Below, piece by piece: positions 18,637 to 27,385 of a stretch of DNA of 32,000 nt (positions within the stretch are counted from its first letter, which is position 1; every line of letters begins with the position of its first letter). Where the stretch lies: the NCBI RefSeq assembly GCF_000196355.1, contig NC_007614.1, positions 210,001 to 242,000 on the forward strand, given 5' to 3'. Below the pieces are notes generated by a model. The model made no database searches, was not told where the DNA came from, and saw nothing but the letters and a program-made list of their open reading frames with translations. The translations under genes were made by a program, and so were the position numbers. The stretch is from Nitrosospira multiformis ATCC 25196. Its GTDB lineage: Bacteria; Pseudomonadota; Gammaproteobacteria; Burkholderiales; Nitrosomonadaceae.

Positions 18637-20349
18637 ATGTATCTTGATCATTTCGGTTTATCCAGGCAGCCATTTTCTCAATCGCCAGCCATTGATCGTA
18701 ACTGTTTCTATGAAGGAGGAGGGCGGGGCGCAACTCTGGATGCCCTTATTTATGTATTGACGCACGGCGAAGGCGAAGAGGGCATGATTACTCTCACCGG
18801 CGAATCGGGTAGCGGCAAAACCGTGCTATGCCAGGCGTTGATTAAATGGCTGTCCGACAGCATGCGGGTTATTTATTCTGCAAAGAAAAACCCGTCGCAG
18901 GAAGCTTTACTGAATTCCATAATGGACGAATTGAAGTTTCAATCGGAGAAAGAAGGTCTGCTTCTTCCACCCTCGCCAACTGATGGCGATGAACTGCAGG
19001 AGATTCTTGCCGCCGTGCAGGCGGGCGACAGGCAAGTCGTGTTGCTGATAGATGAGGCGCATACTCTGCCGGCAGAAACGCTGGAAGCGCTGGGGCTGTT
19101 ATACGAGCGGGCATCGTCCCACCATAAATTGTTGCAGATCGTTCTGGTGGGTGAGCCGGGGCTGGAACGCACCCTGGCTTCACAGCAGCTTACCAAAATC
19201 AGAAAAGCAATTCGCCATCAGTATGTTTTGCAGCTACTGGATCGCGAAGCCGCCCGCGAATATCTGCTCTACCGGATGAGCACGATCGCAGGTTATGAAG
19301 GGCCCGACATTTTTTCACCCGCTGCGCTGCGGTTGATCGACGTTGCCGCCGGCGGATTGTTGCGCCAGCTGAATGTGATCGCCGACAAGTCGCTGATGGC
19401 AGCGTTTCTGGCGCAAGCTTCGAGCGTGGAGGCGGTTCATGTCAGAAAAGTGATAACCGATCTCGGGCTCAAACCCCCTCTCGATTGGAGGGACAAGCGC
19501 AATCGTCCCAATTTCGTGGGACATCTTATAGCCGGAGCGGGTGCCACATCCTGTGCGGCAGTCGTAATAGTGCTGGGTGTCGCGGGTTGGCAAGCCTCGC
19601 ATCCTCAACCGGCAGGCATCGGCAACACCTCTGCTTCCTTGCCGTTTGAAGCGGCGGCGCCGTCAACATTGTCTGCCCCCACTGTCACGATTTCTCCCAC
19701 AACGATCGCGACCACTCGCTCAAACGTTCTCGCAAACACTCCATCTTCTTCTTCCATTTCCGCCGCCACTTCGCTTCCTTCCAGCGGGAGTAACAAGGAG
19801 TCCGGGGGAAAGATGACATCTGCCAGCACCACCCCCGGCAAGATTGCTACGGATAAGGCCGGTACGGACAAGGCAAATAAGGAAACTGCCGCCAGGATCG
19901 GAACTGATAAAACGCTTCCCGGAAGCGGAAAGGCCGCGGCGACAGGCGCGGCTCCACAAAGCGGGCTTGCTGCCGAAGGTCAGCCCGCCGGAGATGCAGC
20001 AAACACTATTGCAGGAGTCGATCTGGCGGGGTACAGGCTGCTGAAGCAACGGGTTGAGGCGACCCTCGGAGCTTTCTCCAAGGCGGACCGGAATCTGTAC
20101 ACTATCGTGCTGTACACCACCAGCAATGCCCAGCCTGATCGCATAGAGCGCTTTCTGGCGCGCGCCCGCGCGCTGGTCGAATTGTCGAATGTTTATGTTT
20201 ACCCCCTTTCCAGGAACAGGAGCGGGTTTATTGTCACCTATGGCCTTTACCCGGACGAGTATGAAGCGAGCATGGCGGTGGCTGGGCTTCCCGAGAAATA
20301 CCAGACCGCTTTCGATCCGGAATTGCGTACCCTGGGTGAACTGAAATAA
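18637..20349 (+). CDS. ExeA/GspA-like AAA+ ATPase fused to a TM helix, a low-complexity linker and a C-terminal SPOR (DamX-like) peptidoglycan-binding domain
   Basis: The N-terminus matches the ExeA pattern (YLDHFGLSRQPF, Walker A GESGSGKT, Walker B VVLLIDEAH, KLLQIVLVGEPGLE). The TM helix is at aa ~294-318 and an A/S/T/P/G/K-rich linker at aa ~320-460. The C-terminal ~80 aa (YTIVLYTTSN...FIVTYGLYPDEYEASMAVAGLPEKYQ) is collinear with the DamX SPOR domain as I recall it. Confidence 0.8.
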   Translation: MYLDHFGLSRQPFSQSPAIDRNCFYEGGGRGATLDALIYVLTHGEGEEGMITLTGESGSGKTVLCQALIKWLSDSMRVIYSAKKNPSQEALLNSIMDELKFQSEKEGLLLPPSPTDGDELQEILAAVQAGDRQVVLLIDEAHTLPAETLEALGLLYERASSHHKLLQIVLVGEPGLERTLASQQLTKIRKAIRHQYVLQLLDREAAREYLLYRMSTIAGYEGPDIFSPAALRLIDVAAGGLLRQLNVIADKSLMAAFLAQASSVEAVHVRKVITDLGLKPPLDWRDKRNRPNFVGHLIAGAGATSCAAVVIVLGVAGWQASHPQPAGIGNTSASLPFEAAAPSTLSAPTVTISPTTIATTRSNVLANTPSSSSISAATSLPSSGSNKESGGKMTSASTTPGKIATDKAGTDKANKETAARIGTDKTLPGSGKAAATGAAPQSGLAAEGQPAGDAANTIAGVDLAGYRLLKQRVEATLGAFSKADRNLYTIVLYTTSNAQPDRIERFLARARALVELSNVYVYPLSRNRSGFIVTYGLYPDEYEASMAVAGLPEKYQTAFDPELRTLGELK

Positions 20350-20429
20350 TCTGCATCAGACCAGACATTGCCCGCGTGCCCCAGCTTTATGGCTTTATGG
20401 AAGGGGCGGCTTATTCCCTGCTTTCCTGA

Positions 20430-20438
20430 TGTTACAAT
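20430..20438 (+). promoter_or_regulatory. Candidate extended -10 promoter (TGtTACAAT) for gshA
   Basis: TG is at 20430-20431, followed by t, then TACAAT at 20433-20438. No good -35 is present. Confidence 0.3.
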
Positions 20439-20450
20439 CGCCGTTTCCTG

Positions 20451-21764
20451 TTGATACCCGCTTCCTTCATGCCTACGCCCCACCTTGATACTGCCTTGAG
20501 CGGCCCCATTCTTGATCTTGAAAGATGCATCCTCAATGCCATGCCTTCGATCGAGCAATGGTTGCGCAATGAATGGCAGACGCATGCTGCGCCTTTTTAC
20601 TGCTCCGTGGATTTGCGCAATAGCGGGTTCAAGCTGGCGCCCGTCGATACCAACCTGTTTCCAGGCGGCTTCAATAATCTAAACCGCGAATTCATGCCCT
20701 TGTGCGTCCAGGCGATGATGGCGGCAATCGATAAAATCTGTACCGGCGCGCGCAGCGTACTGCTGATTCCGGAAAGCCACACGCGCAATATTTTTTATTT
20801 GCAAAATCTGGCGGCCTTGCACGCAATCATGCGGCATGCCGGCATTCATGTCCGTATCGGAACGCTGCTCCCTGAGATCACCGCACCCACTGCGCTCGAC
20901 CTGCCCGGTGGAAACAAGCTCACGCTCGAACCCATTCAGCGGAAGGGCAATCGGGTCGTTCTGGAAGATTTCGATCCTTGCGTCGTGCTTCTCAATAACG
21001 ACCTTTCCACCGGCACCCCGGCCGTCCTGCAGAATCTCGAGCAGACGGTCATTCCTCCCCTGCATGCGGGATGGACCAGCCGGCGGAAATCCCATCATTT
21101 CACTGCCTATGATAACGTTTCGCAGCAGTTTGCGAGCCTGATCGGTATTGACCCGTGGCTTATCAATCCTTATTTCGCTTCCTGCGGAAAAATCAATTTT
21201 CGCGAGAAAAAGGGTGAAGACTGCGTGGCCAATACGGTGGATGAAATCCTGCACCAGATCCGGGAGAAATATGCCGAGTATGGAGTCAGGAAAGATCCCT
21301 TCGTGATCGTAAAGGCCGACGCCGGTACGTACGGAATGGGGATAATGACTGTAAAAGATGGCGCGCAAGTACGTACACTCAGCCGGAAACAGCGCAACAA
21401 GATGGCGGTCGTAAAAGAAGGATTGGAGGTGACCGACATCATGGTGCAGGAAGGGGTTTATACGTTTGAGAATGTCGACGATGCGGTGGCGGAGCCCGTC
21501 ATCTATATGATCGATCGCTATGTCGTCGGTGGTTTCTACCGGGTGCATACCGAGCGGGGCGTTGACGAGAATCTCAACGCCCCCGGTATGCATTTTGTAC
21601 CCCTGGCATTCGAAGATACCTGTCTGCTACCGGATCGGGAAGCGCAGCCGGGTTGCAGCGCCAACCGGTTTTATGCTTATGGCGTCATAGCCAGGCTCGC
21701 TTTACTGGCGGCTGCACAAGAACTGGAAAAAAGTGAGGCGAGAATCGAAGCGATCATGGCTTAG
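20451..21764 (+). CDS. gshA: Glutamate--cysteine ligase (Acidithiobacillus ferrooxidans-type GshA family)
   Basis: The ~430-aa protein matches the size and architecture I associate with the T. ferrooxidans-type gamma-glutamylcysteine synthetase family. It has an ATP-grasp-like block (VIVKADAGTYGMGIM) and lies directly upstream of gshB. The start is uncertain, either TTG 20451 or ATG 20469. Confidence 0.75.
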   Translation: MIPASFMPTPHLDTALSGPILDLERCILNAMPSIEQWLRNEWQTHAAPFYCSVDLRNSGFKLAPVDTNLFPGGFNNLNREFMPLCVQAMMAAIDKICTGARSVLLIPESHTRNIFYLQNLAALHAIMRHAGIHVRIGTLLPEITAPTALDLPGGNKLTLEPIQRKGNRVVLEDFDPCVVLLNNDLSTGTPAVLQNLEQTVIPPLHAGWTSRRKSHHFTAYDNVSQQFASLIGIDPWLINPYFASCGKINFREKKGEDCVANTVDEILHQIREKYAEYGVRKDPFVIVKADAGTYGMGIMTVKDGAQVRTLSRKQRNKMAVVKEGLEVTDIMVQEGVYTFENVDDAVAEPVIYMIDRYVVGGFYRVHTERGVDENLNAPGMHFVPLAFEDTCLLPDREAQPGCSANRFYAYGVIARLALLAAAQELEKSEARIEAIMA

Positions 21765-22026
21765 CCCAGTCTCATTCATTCATTTTCTCGGGATTTTCCT
21801 TTGGGAAGTTCCTCTGAAAAAGAATCCCAAAAATGGACAGCGGCTTATCTGCAGGGGGAGTTCGTTAAAACCGCACCGGTTTGATGAAAGGGGCAAGCAA
21901 TCTGCCCAGATGCTATGCTGATAACAGCCTCTCGCACATTTTGGTTTGATAACGCACGTTTTGCTCACTCTCCCGCCCCTGATGGCTCTTCTTCATCCCA
22001 TTCTCATATAATTCCCCTGCTGACTC

Positions 22027-22977
22027 ATGAGATTTGCCTTTGTTCTTGATCACCTCGATTCAATCAAAACGCGCAAGGATTCGAGCGTGGCCATCATGCG
22101 CGAGGCGGCAGCAAGGGGCCACACTTTATTCTCCATGCAACAGGGAGATCTCGCCTGGCAGCGAGGGAATACGGTCGGTTTCGCGCGCCCGCTCGAATTG
22201 ACCGGGGAGGACTCTCAGGGACGGCTGTGGTACCGGGTGGATGAGCCGGAAGAAATACCGCTCCAGGAATTCGATGCCGTACTGATGCGCAAGGATCCGC
22301 CATTTGATATGGAGTATATCTACAGCACTTACTTGCTGGAACTGGCTGAAACGCGCGGTGCGCATGTCATCAACAGCGCGCGCGCAATCCGTGACCATAA
22401 CGAGAAGCTTGCGGTGGCCAAGTTTTCCGAATATGCCGTGGAAACGCTGGTAACGCGAAGCGAAAGCCTGCTTCGCCATTTTCTTGCGGAGCACGATGAC
22501 ATCATTCTCAAGCCGCTTGACGGCATGGGGGGTGCAAGCGTGTTTCGTGTTCACCGGGAGGATCACAATATCGGGGTGATAATAGAAACATTGACGCACT
22601 ACGGTACAAAGACCATCATGGCTCAACGGTATATCCACGAAATCACCGATGGAGACAAGCGCATCCTGTTGATCGCGGGCGAGCCCGTCCCTTATACACT
22701 TGCCCGTATCCCGAAGCCCGGAGAATTCCGGGGTAATCTGAATGTGGGGGCTACCGGCATCGCTCAGCCACTCAGCCCGCGGGATCGTGAGATTGCCGAA
22801 GCACTTGGTCCCGTGTTGTTCAATGAAGGTTTGATGCTGGTGGGACTGGATGTCATCGGGGATTATCTTACCGAGATCAATGTCACCAGTCCTACGGGTA
22901 TGAGGGAAATTTCAGACCAGACCGGCTTCAATGTGGCTGCAATGATGGTGGACGCCCTCGAAATGATGCCGCGTTGA
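22027..22977 (+). CDS. gshB: Glutathione synthetase
   Basis: It is collinear with E. coli GshB (KDSS.A.M.EA, LMRKDPPFDMEYIY, ILKPLDGMGGASVFRV, DGDKRILLI.GEPVPY, TEINVTSPT). Confidence 0.93.
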   Translation: MRFAFVLDHLDSIKTRKDSSVAIMREAAARGHTLFSMQQGDLAWQRGNTVGFARPLELTGEDSQGRLWYRVDEPEEIPLQEFDAVLMRKDPPFDMEYIYSTYLLELAETRGAHVINSARAIRDHNEKLAVAKFSEYAVETLVTRSESLLRHFLAEHDDIILKPLDGMGGASVFRVHREDHNIGVIIETLTHYGTKTIMAQRYIHEITDGDKRILLIAGEPVPYTLARIPKPGEFRGNLNVGATGIAQPLSPRDREIAEALGPVLFNEGLMLVGLDVIGDYLTEINVTSPTGMREISDQTGFNVAAMMVDALEMMPR

Positions 22978-23017
22978 TCCATTCCATTGTCTTCTTGTTG
23001 CCCGAGCTGACAATACC

Positions 23018-23410
23018 ATGATCGGAATTCTGATTATTTCCCACGGTAATCTGGGAGAAAGCCTTGTTGAGAGCGCCAACCACGTGATGGGAAAGAAATT
23101 GCCAAACCTGGCGCATATCGGCATTCATCCTGAGGATGATCCCGACGTTATCCTTTCAAAAGCAGTGGGATCGATAAGAGAACTAGATAGCGGTGAGGGC
23201 GTGCTGGTATTGAGCGACATCTGCGGCGCAACCCCATGCAATATAGCCACCCGGCTCGTTGCTTCCACAGAACGGGTGATATGTCTTGCGGGAGTGAATC
23301 TGCCCATGCTGGTGCGGGCCCTTACCTATCGGGCCGAGCCGTTGGAAGGGGTGGCGGAGAAGGCGCTGGCAGGCGGACGGGACGGTGTTTTTCGTATAAA
23401 CCCAAGTTGA
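23018..23410 (+). CDS. PTS EIIA component, mannose/fructose family
   Basis: The 130-aa protein begins MIGILIISHGNLGE, which contains the phosphorylatable His context of EIIA-Man. It lies directly upstream of ptsH-ptsI. Confidence 0.85.
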   Translation: MIGILIISHGNLGESLVESANHVMGKKLPNLAHIGIHPEDDPDVILSKAVGSIRELDSGEGVLVLSDICGATPCNIATRLVASTERVICLAGVNLPMLVRALTYRAEPLEGVAEKALAGGRDGVFRINPS

Positions 23411-23413
23411 TAA

Positions 23414-23683
23414 ATGCAATATAAAGAGATCAAGATCCTGAACAAACTGGGGATGCACGCCCGTGCCTCCGCCAAATTCACCCAGTTGGCCAGCCGATAC
23501 CGGAGCGATGTGTGGTTGTCACGAAACGATCGCAAAGTCAATGCAAAAAGCATCATGGGCGTCATGATGCTGGCTGCGAACCAGGGCGCGACCCTGATCA
23601 TCGAAACTGCGGGTGAGGACGAGATTGAGGCAATGCAGGCCTTGGTACAGCTGATCGAGGATCGCTTCGGAGAAAGCGAATGA
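23414..23683 (+). CDS. ptsH: Phosphocarrier protein HPr
   Basis: The 89-aa protein has the His15 context LGMHARAS and the Ser46 context NAKSIMGVM. Confidence 0.9.
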   Translation: MQYKEIKILNKLGMHARASAKFTQLASRYRSDVWLSRNDRKVNAKSIMGVMMLAANQGATLIIETAGEDEIEAMQALVQLIEDRFGESE

Positions 23684-25407
23684 GCTTTGTACTGCATGGG
23701 GTGGGCGTTTCGGAAGGTATCGCCATAGGCCATGCTCATCTTGCGTCTCATGCCGCGCTGGAAGTCGCCCACCACGTCGTGCCCGAGGATCAGGTCACCA
23801 ATGAAATCTCCCGGCTGGACACCGCTTTCACAACCGTTCGCAAAGAGCTTCAGGCATTGCACGACACGGTCGTCAGCGGTCCGGCGGCTGCCGAATACGA
23901 AGCATTTCTCGATCTGCACCGGATGATTCTGGATGATCCCACGCTCTCGACTGCGGCAAAAGCGTATATTGCCCAGAATCAGTGCAATGCCGAATGGGCC
24001 ATTACCCAGCAGATGGGGGTATTGATGGCGCAGTTCGAGGAAATAGAAGATCCCTATCTGCGCGAACGTAAAACGGACGTCATCCAGGTGGTGGAGCGCG
24101 TTCTCAAGGTATTGCTGGGGCATCCCGGATATATTCCCCCTTCGCAAAAGCGGGATGGCGACAGTGTCCTGGTAGCGCACGACTTGAGTCCGGCCGATGT
24201 GCTTCAATATAAGCAGTATTCGTTTACTGCATTCCTGACGGATCTTGGCGGCCTGACTTCGCATACCGCCATTGTCGCCCGCAGCCTGAACATCCCCTCC
24301 GTCGTCGCGCTTCACCATGCCCGCCGCCTCATCCGGGAAAATGACATTCTGATCGTGGATGGCAACCAGGGTGTGGTCATCGTGGACCCGGACGAGCATG
24401 TGCTCGCGGAATATCGGCTGCGCCAGAGCGAGCTGGAGCTGGAAAAACAGAAACTCAAGCGCTTGAGGACGACGGTCGCGGCGACGCTGGATGGCACGGT
24501 AGTGGAACTGTATGCAAATATCGAGTTGCCGCAGGACGTCGATCAGGTCAAAGAAAATGGAGCGACCGGCGTCGGCCTCTTTCGGAGCGAATTCCTGTTC
24601 CTCAATCGGGACAGCTTGCCTGATGAGGAAGAGCAATTCGAAGCTTATCGAACCGTGGCGCGAAAAATGCGGGGAATGCCGGTAACGGTGCGCACGTTCG
24701 ATCTTGGCGCGGACAAGAACCTGGATCATGCCAAACGGGTGGCTGCGAATCCCGCCCTGGGCCTGCGAGCCATCCGGCTGAGCCTGGCCGAACCCCAGAT
24801 GTTCAATATCCAGTTGCGCGCTATTTTACGTGCTTCGCGCTATGGGCAGATCCGGATTCTGGTGCCGATGCTTTCCAATGTTGCTGAGATAACGCAGACG
24901 CTGCATTTGATCCAAAGCGCCAAACAAAGCCTGCGTAACGAAAAGATTCCTTTTGACGAAAAAGTGCAGGTGGGAGGAATGATAGAAATTCCAGCCGCTG
25001 CGCTGAGTCTTGACATTTTCATGCGCAAGCTCGATTTCCTGTCAATCGGCACCAATGATCTCATCCAGTATACGCTGGCGATAGACCGCGCCGATGACAC
25101 TGTCGCGCACCTCTATGATTCGCTGCACCCGGCGGTGCTGCGGTTGGTCGCGCATGTCATACGCAGCGCGAACCGTGCAAGCATACCGGTGTCCGTGTGC
25201 GGCGAGATCGCAGGGGATGTGGTGTTTACCCGTCTGCTGCTCGGTTTCGGCTTACGCGTGTTTTCCATGCACCCCGTCCAACTGCTGACCGTAAAACGTG
25301 AAGTCTTGCGGGCAAATCTGCCCGACCTCATTCCGATCACTCAAAAAATACTGAAAACCGCTGATCCGGAGAAAATTCACGCACTGCTGGCGAAGCTCAA
25401 CGCTTGA
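23680..25407 (+). CDS. ptsI: Phosphoenolpyruvate-protein phosphotransferase (PTS enzyme I)
   Basis: The phospho-His loop GGLTSHTAIVARS is present, along with the PEP-utilising domain motifs (FRSEFLF, GTNDLIQYTLA, VCGE). It overlaps ptsH by 4 nt (ATGA). Confidence 0.93.
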   Translation: MSFVLHGVGVSEGIAIGHAHLASHAALEVAHHVVPEDQVTNEISRLDTAFTTVRKELQALHDTVVSGPAAAEYEAFLDLHRMILDDPTLSTAAKAYIAQNQCNAEWAITQQMGVLMAQFEEIEDPYLRERKTDVIQVVERVLKVLLGHPGYIPPSQKRDGDSVLVAHDLSPADVLQYKQYSFTAFLTDLGGLTSHTAIVARSLNIPSVVALHHARRLIRENDILIVDGNQGVVIVDPDEHVLAEYRLRQSELELEKQKLKRLRTTVAATLDGTVVELYANIELPQDVDQVKENGATGVGLFRSEFLFLNRDSLPDEEEQFEAYRTVARKMRGMPVTVRTFDLGADKNLDHAKRVAANPALGLRAIRLSLAEPQMFNIQLRAILRASRYGQIRILVPMLSNVAEITQTLHLIQSAKQSLRNEKIPFDEKVQVGGMIEIPAAALSLDIFMRKLDFLSIGTNDLIQYTLAIDRADDTVAHLYDSLHPAVLRLVAHVIRSANRASIPVSVCGEIAGDVVFTRLLLGFGLRVFSMHPVQLLTVKREVLRANLPDLIPITQKILKTADPEKIHALLAKLNA

Positions 25408-25601
25408 ACGATCGTTCCCTGTTCCATTTCACCGAATGCCGATGCATATGAGCAGCGTGTACGACTATAATTGCCGGTTACAATCAGGCGATGCGATTAT
25501 TTGAAAGGGGAATTCCTGCGCCTGCGTAAAACCGGTTTTAATTTTCTGGAGACCGGGCTCGGGAACGAACAAATAGTGACGTCAGCCTCCTGACCTTTTT
25601 T

Positions 25602-26735
25602 ATGCTCATGCAAGATTCGAATTCATTCAGTACTGTTACTCCACAGGTGGCGCGTTTTGACACGCCTTTGCATTTGAAAAGCGGCGCGGTGCTCGACAGC
25701 TACGAGCTGGTGTACGAAACATACGGGGAGCTCAACGCGGCGCGGTCGAACGCCGTACTGGTATGCCACGCCCTTTCAGGGAATCATCATCTCGCAGGCC
25801 TTTACGACGATAACCCCAAGAGTGCCGGCTGGTGGAACAACATGATCGGGCCGGGCAAATCGATCGATACCCAGAAATTTTTCTTAATCGGGGTAAACAA
25901 CCTGGGCGGTTGTCATGGATCCACCGGACCGGCGAGTATTGATGTCAGGACTGGAAAGTGTTACGGCCCGAATTTTCCGGTTGTGACAGTGGAAGACTGG
26001 GTTCAGACACAAGTCCGCCTTGCCGATTATCTGGGTATCGATCAGTTTGCCGCCGTGGCTGGCGGTAGTCTTGGCGGAATGCAGGCTTTGCAGTGGACAC
26101 TTGATTTTCCCGAGAGGGTGCGCCACGCGCTGGTTATCGCCGCGGCTGCAAAGTTGACTGCGCAGAACATCGCATTCAACGATGTGGCACGCCAAGCTAT
26201 CATTACCGATCCTGATTTCCATGGCGGCGACTATTATTCACACGGTGTCATTCCGCGGAGAGGATTACGCCTGGCGCGCATGCTGGGACATATCACCTAC
26301 CTCTCGGACGACTCGATGGCGGCTAAATTCGGCCGGGAACTGCGGAATGGAGCGCTTGCCTTCGGTTACGACGTGGAGTTCGAAATAGAATCGTATCTTC
26401 GTTATCAGGGAGATAAATTCGCTAGCCAGTTCGATGCGAACACGTATCTGCTGATGACAAAGGCATTGGACTATTTTGATCCTGCCTTTCCGCACAACAA
26501 CGACCTCAGCGCCGCATTCCGATTCGCCAGGGCTAATTTCCTGGTGCTGTCGTTTACTACCGACTGGCGTTTTTCCCCGGAGCGCTCGCGCGCCATCGTA
26601 AGGGCGCTGCTGGACAACGAACTGAACGTCAGTTATGCCGAAATTACATCCAGTCATGGCCACGACTCGTTCCTCATGGAGGATCGGCATTATCACAGGC
26701 TGGTGCGGGCTTACATGGATAACGTGGTCGTATGA
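25602..26735 (+). CDS. metX: Homoserine O-acyltransferase MetX (acetyl- or succinyl-CoA dependent; donor not decidable from sequence by eye)
   Basis: It has the alpha/beta-hydrolase nucleophile elbow [10 protein letters not shown], an N-terminus collinear with Pseudomonas MetX as I recall it, and the C-terminal SSHGHDSFL. The start is ATG 25602 or ATG 25608. Confidence 0.92.
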   Translation: MLMQDSNSFSTVTPQVARFDTPLHLKSGAVLDSYELVYETYGELNAARSNAVLVCHALSGNHHLAGLYDDNPKSAGWWNNMIGPGKSIDTQKFFLIGVNNLGGCHGSTGPASIDVRTGKCYGPNFPVVTVEDWVQTQVRLADYLGIDQFAAVAGGSLGGMQALQWTLDFPERVRHALVIAAAAKLTAQNIAFNDVARQAIITDPDFHGGDYYSHGVIPRRGLRLARMLGHITYLSDDSMAAKFGRELRNGALAFGYDVEFEIESYLRYQGDKFASQFDANTYLLMTKALDYFDPAFPHNNDLSAAFRFARANFLVLSFTTDWRFSPERSRAIVRALLDNELNVSYAEITSSHGHDSFLMEDRHYHRLVRAYMDNVVV

Positions 26736-27352
26736 AGAAATCCCTTGGCATGAATTCATCGCTTAATGCTGCCCGGCCCGATTTTGCCCTCATTGCAGCA
26801 TGGGTCAAACCGGGGGCCAAGGTACTCGATCTGGGTTGCGGCGACGGCTCCCTCATCCGTTTTCTGCGGGACTCCCGTGGCTCGCGCGGCTACGGGGTGG
26901 AAATTGATGATGCTAATGTCCTGGCCTGCTTCAACAACGGGGTGAATGTGATCCAGAGCGACCTGGAGTCCGGCTTGCAGAGTTTTGAATCGGGGTCGTT
27001 TGACTACGTGGTGCTCTCGCAAACCCTGCAGGCTGTAAAAAATACCGAGAACATCATCAAGGAAATGCTCCGTGTAAGCAAGGAAGGCATCGTGTCATTC
27101 CCCAATTTCGGTTATTGGAAAAACCGTTTGCAGGTGCTTTCCGGTCATATGCCGGTTTCCGAAGCACTACCCTATCAATGGTTCGATACTCCCAATATTC
27201 ATAACTGCACGCTGGGTGATTTCGAGGAATTCTGCGGCCAGCACGGCGCACGCATTCTCGAACGCAGGGTAATGAGCGGAAACCGCCAGATCACTTTCAT
27301 GCCCAACTTGCTGGGAATGTTAGCCTTTTACCGGTTCGAACAGCAGAAATAG
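26732..27352 (+). CDS. metW: Methionine biosynthesis protein MetW
   Basis: It overlaps the metX stop by 4 nt (ATGA). The SAM-methyltransferase-like motif VLDLGCGDG is present, and length and order are typical of metXW pairs. Confidence 0.9.
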   Translation: MKKSLGMNSSLNAARPDFALIAAWVKPGAKVLDLGCGDGSLIRFLRDSRGSRGYGVEIDDANVLACFNNGVNVIQSDLESGLQSFESGSFDYVVLSQTLQAVKNTENIIKEMLRVSKEGIVSFPNFGYWKNRLQVLSGHMPVSEALPYQWFDTPNIHNCTLGDFEEFCGQHGARILERRVMSGNRQITFMPNLLGMLAFYRFEQQK

Positions 27353-27363
27353 GTACTTCGTGA

Positions 27364-27385
27364 AAGCTGTTTTCCGGAAAAGCTT
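27364..27385. terminator. Possible bidirectional hairpin between convergent metW and ampG
   Basis: The sequence is a near-palindrome, AAGCTGTTTTCCGGAAAAGCTT, abutting the ampG stop codon. No clear U-tract is present on either strand. Confidence 0.3.

Noticed and set aside
23326-24729. A 467-aa ORF on the minus strand opposite ptsI. Similar long antisense ORFs are 13202..14443 (+, opposite gcvPB), 15412..16581 (+, opposite gcvPA), 20679..21593 (-, opposite gshA), 28875..29870 (+, opposite xthA) and 29600..30373 (-, opposite pyrE).
   Set aside because: I checked the phase of each. All six lie in the codon-aligned antisense frame of a gene with strong homology support. Stops in that frame correspond to sense TTA, CTA and TCA codons, which these genes avoid. 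Their translations are Arg/Gly/His-rich with no recognisable motifs. They are shadow ORFs, not overlapping genes.
25408-25601. A SAM-II (metA/metX-type) riboswitch upstream of metX.
   Set aside because: A GCGATT...TTTG segment is superficially similar. However, I could not find the conserved 3' AAAGCU-type pseudoknot strand or a consistent H-type pseudoknot. It is kept only as an unclassified leader (see findings).
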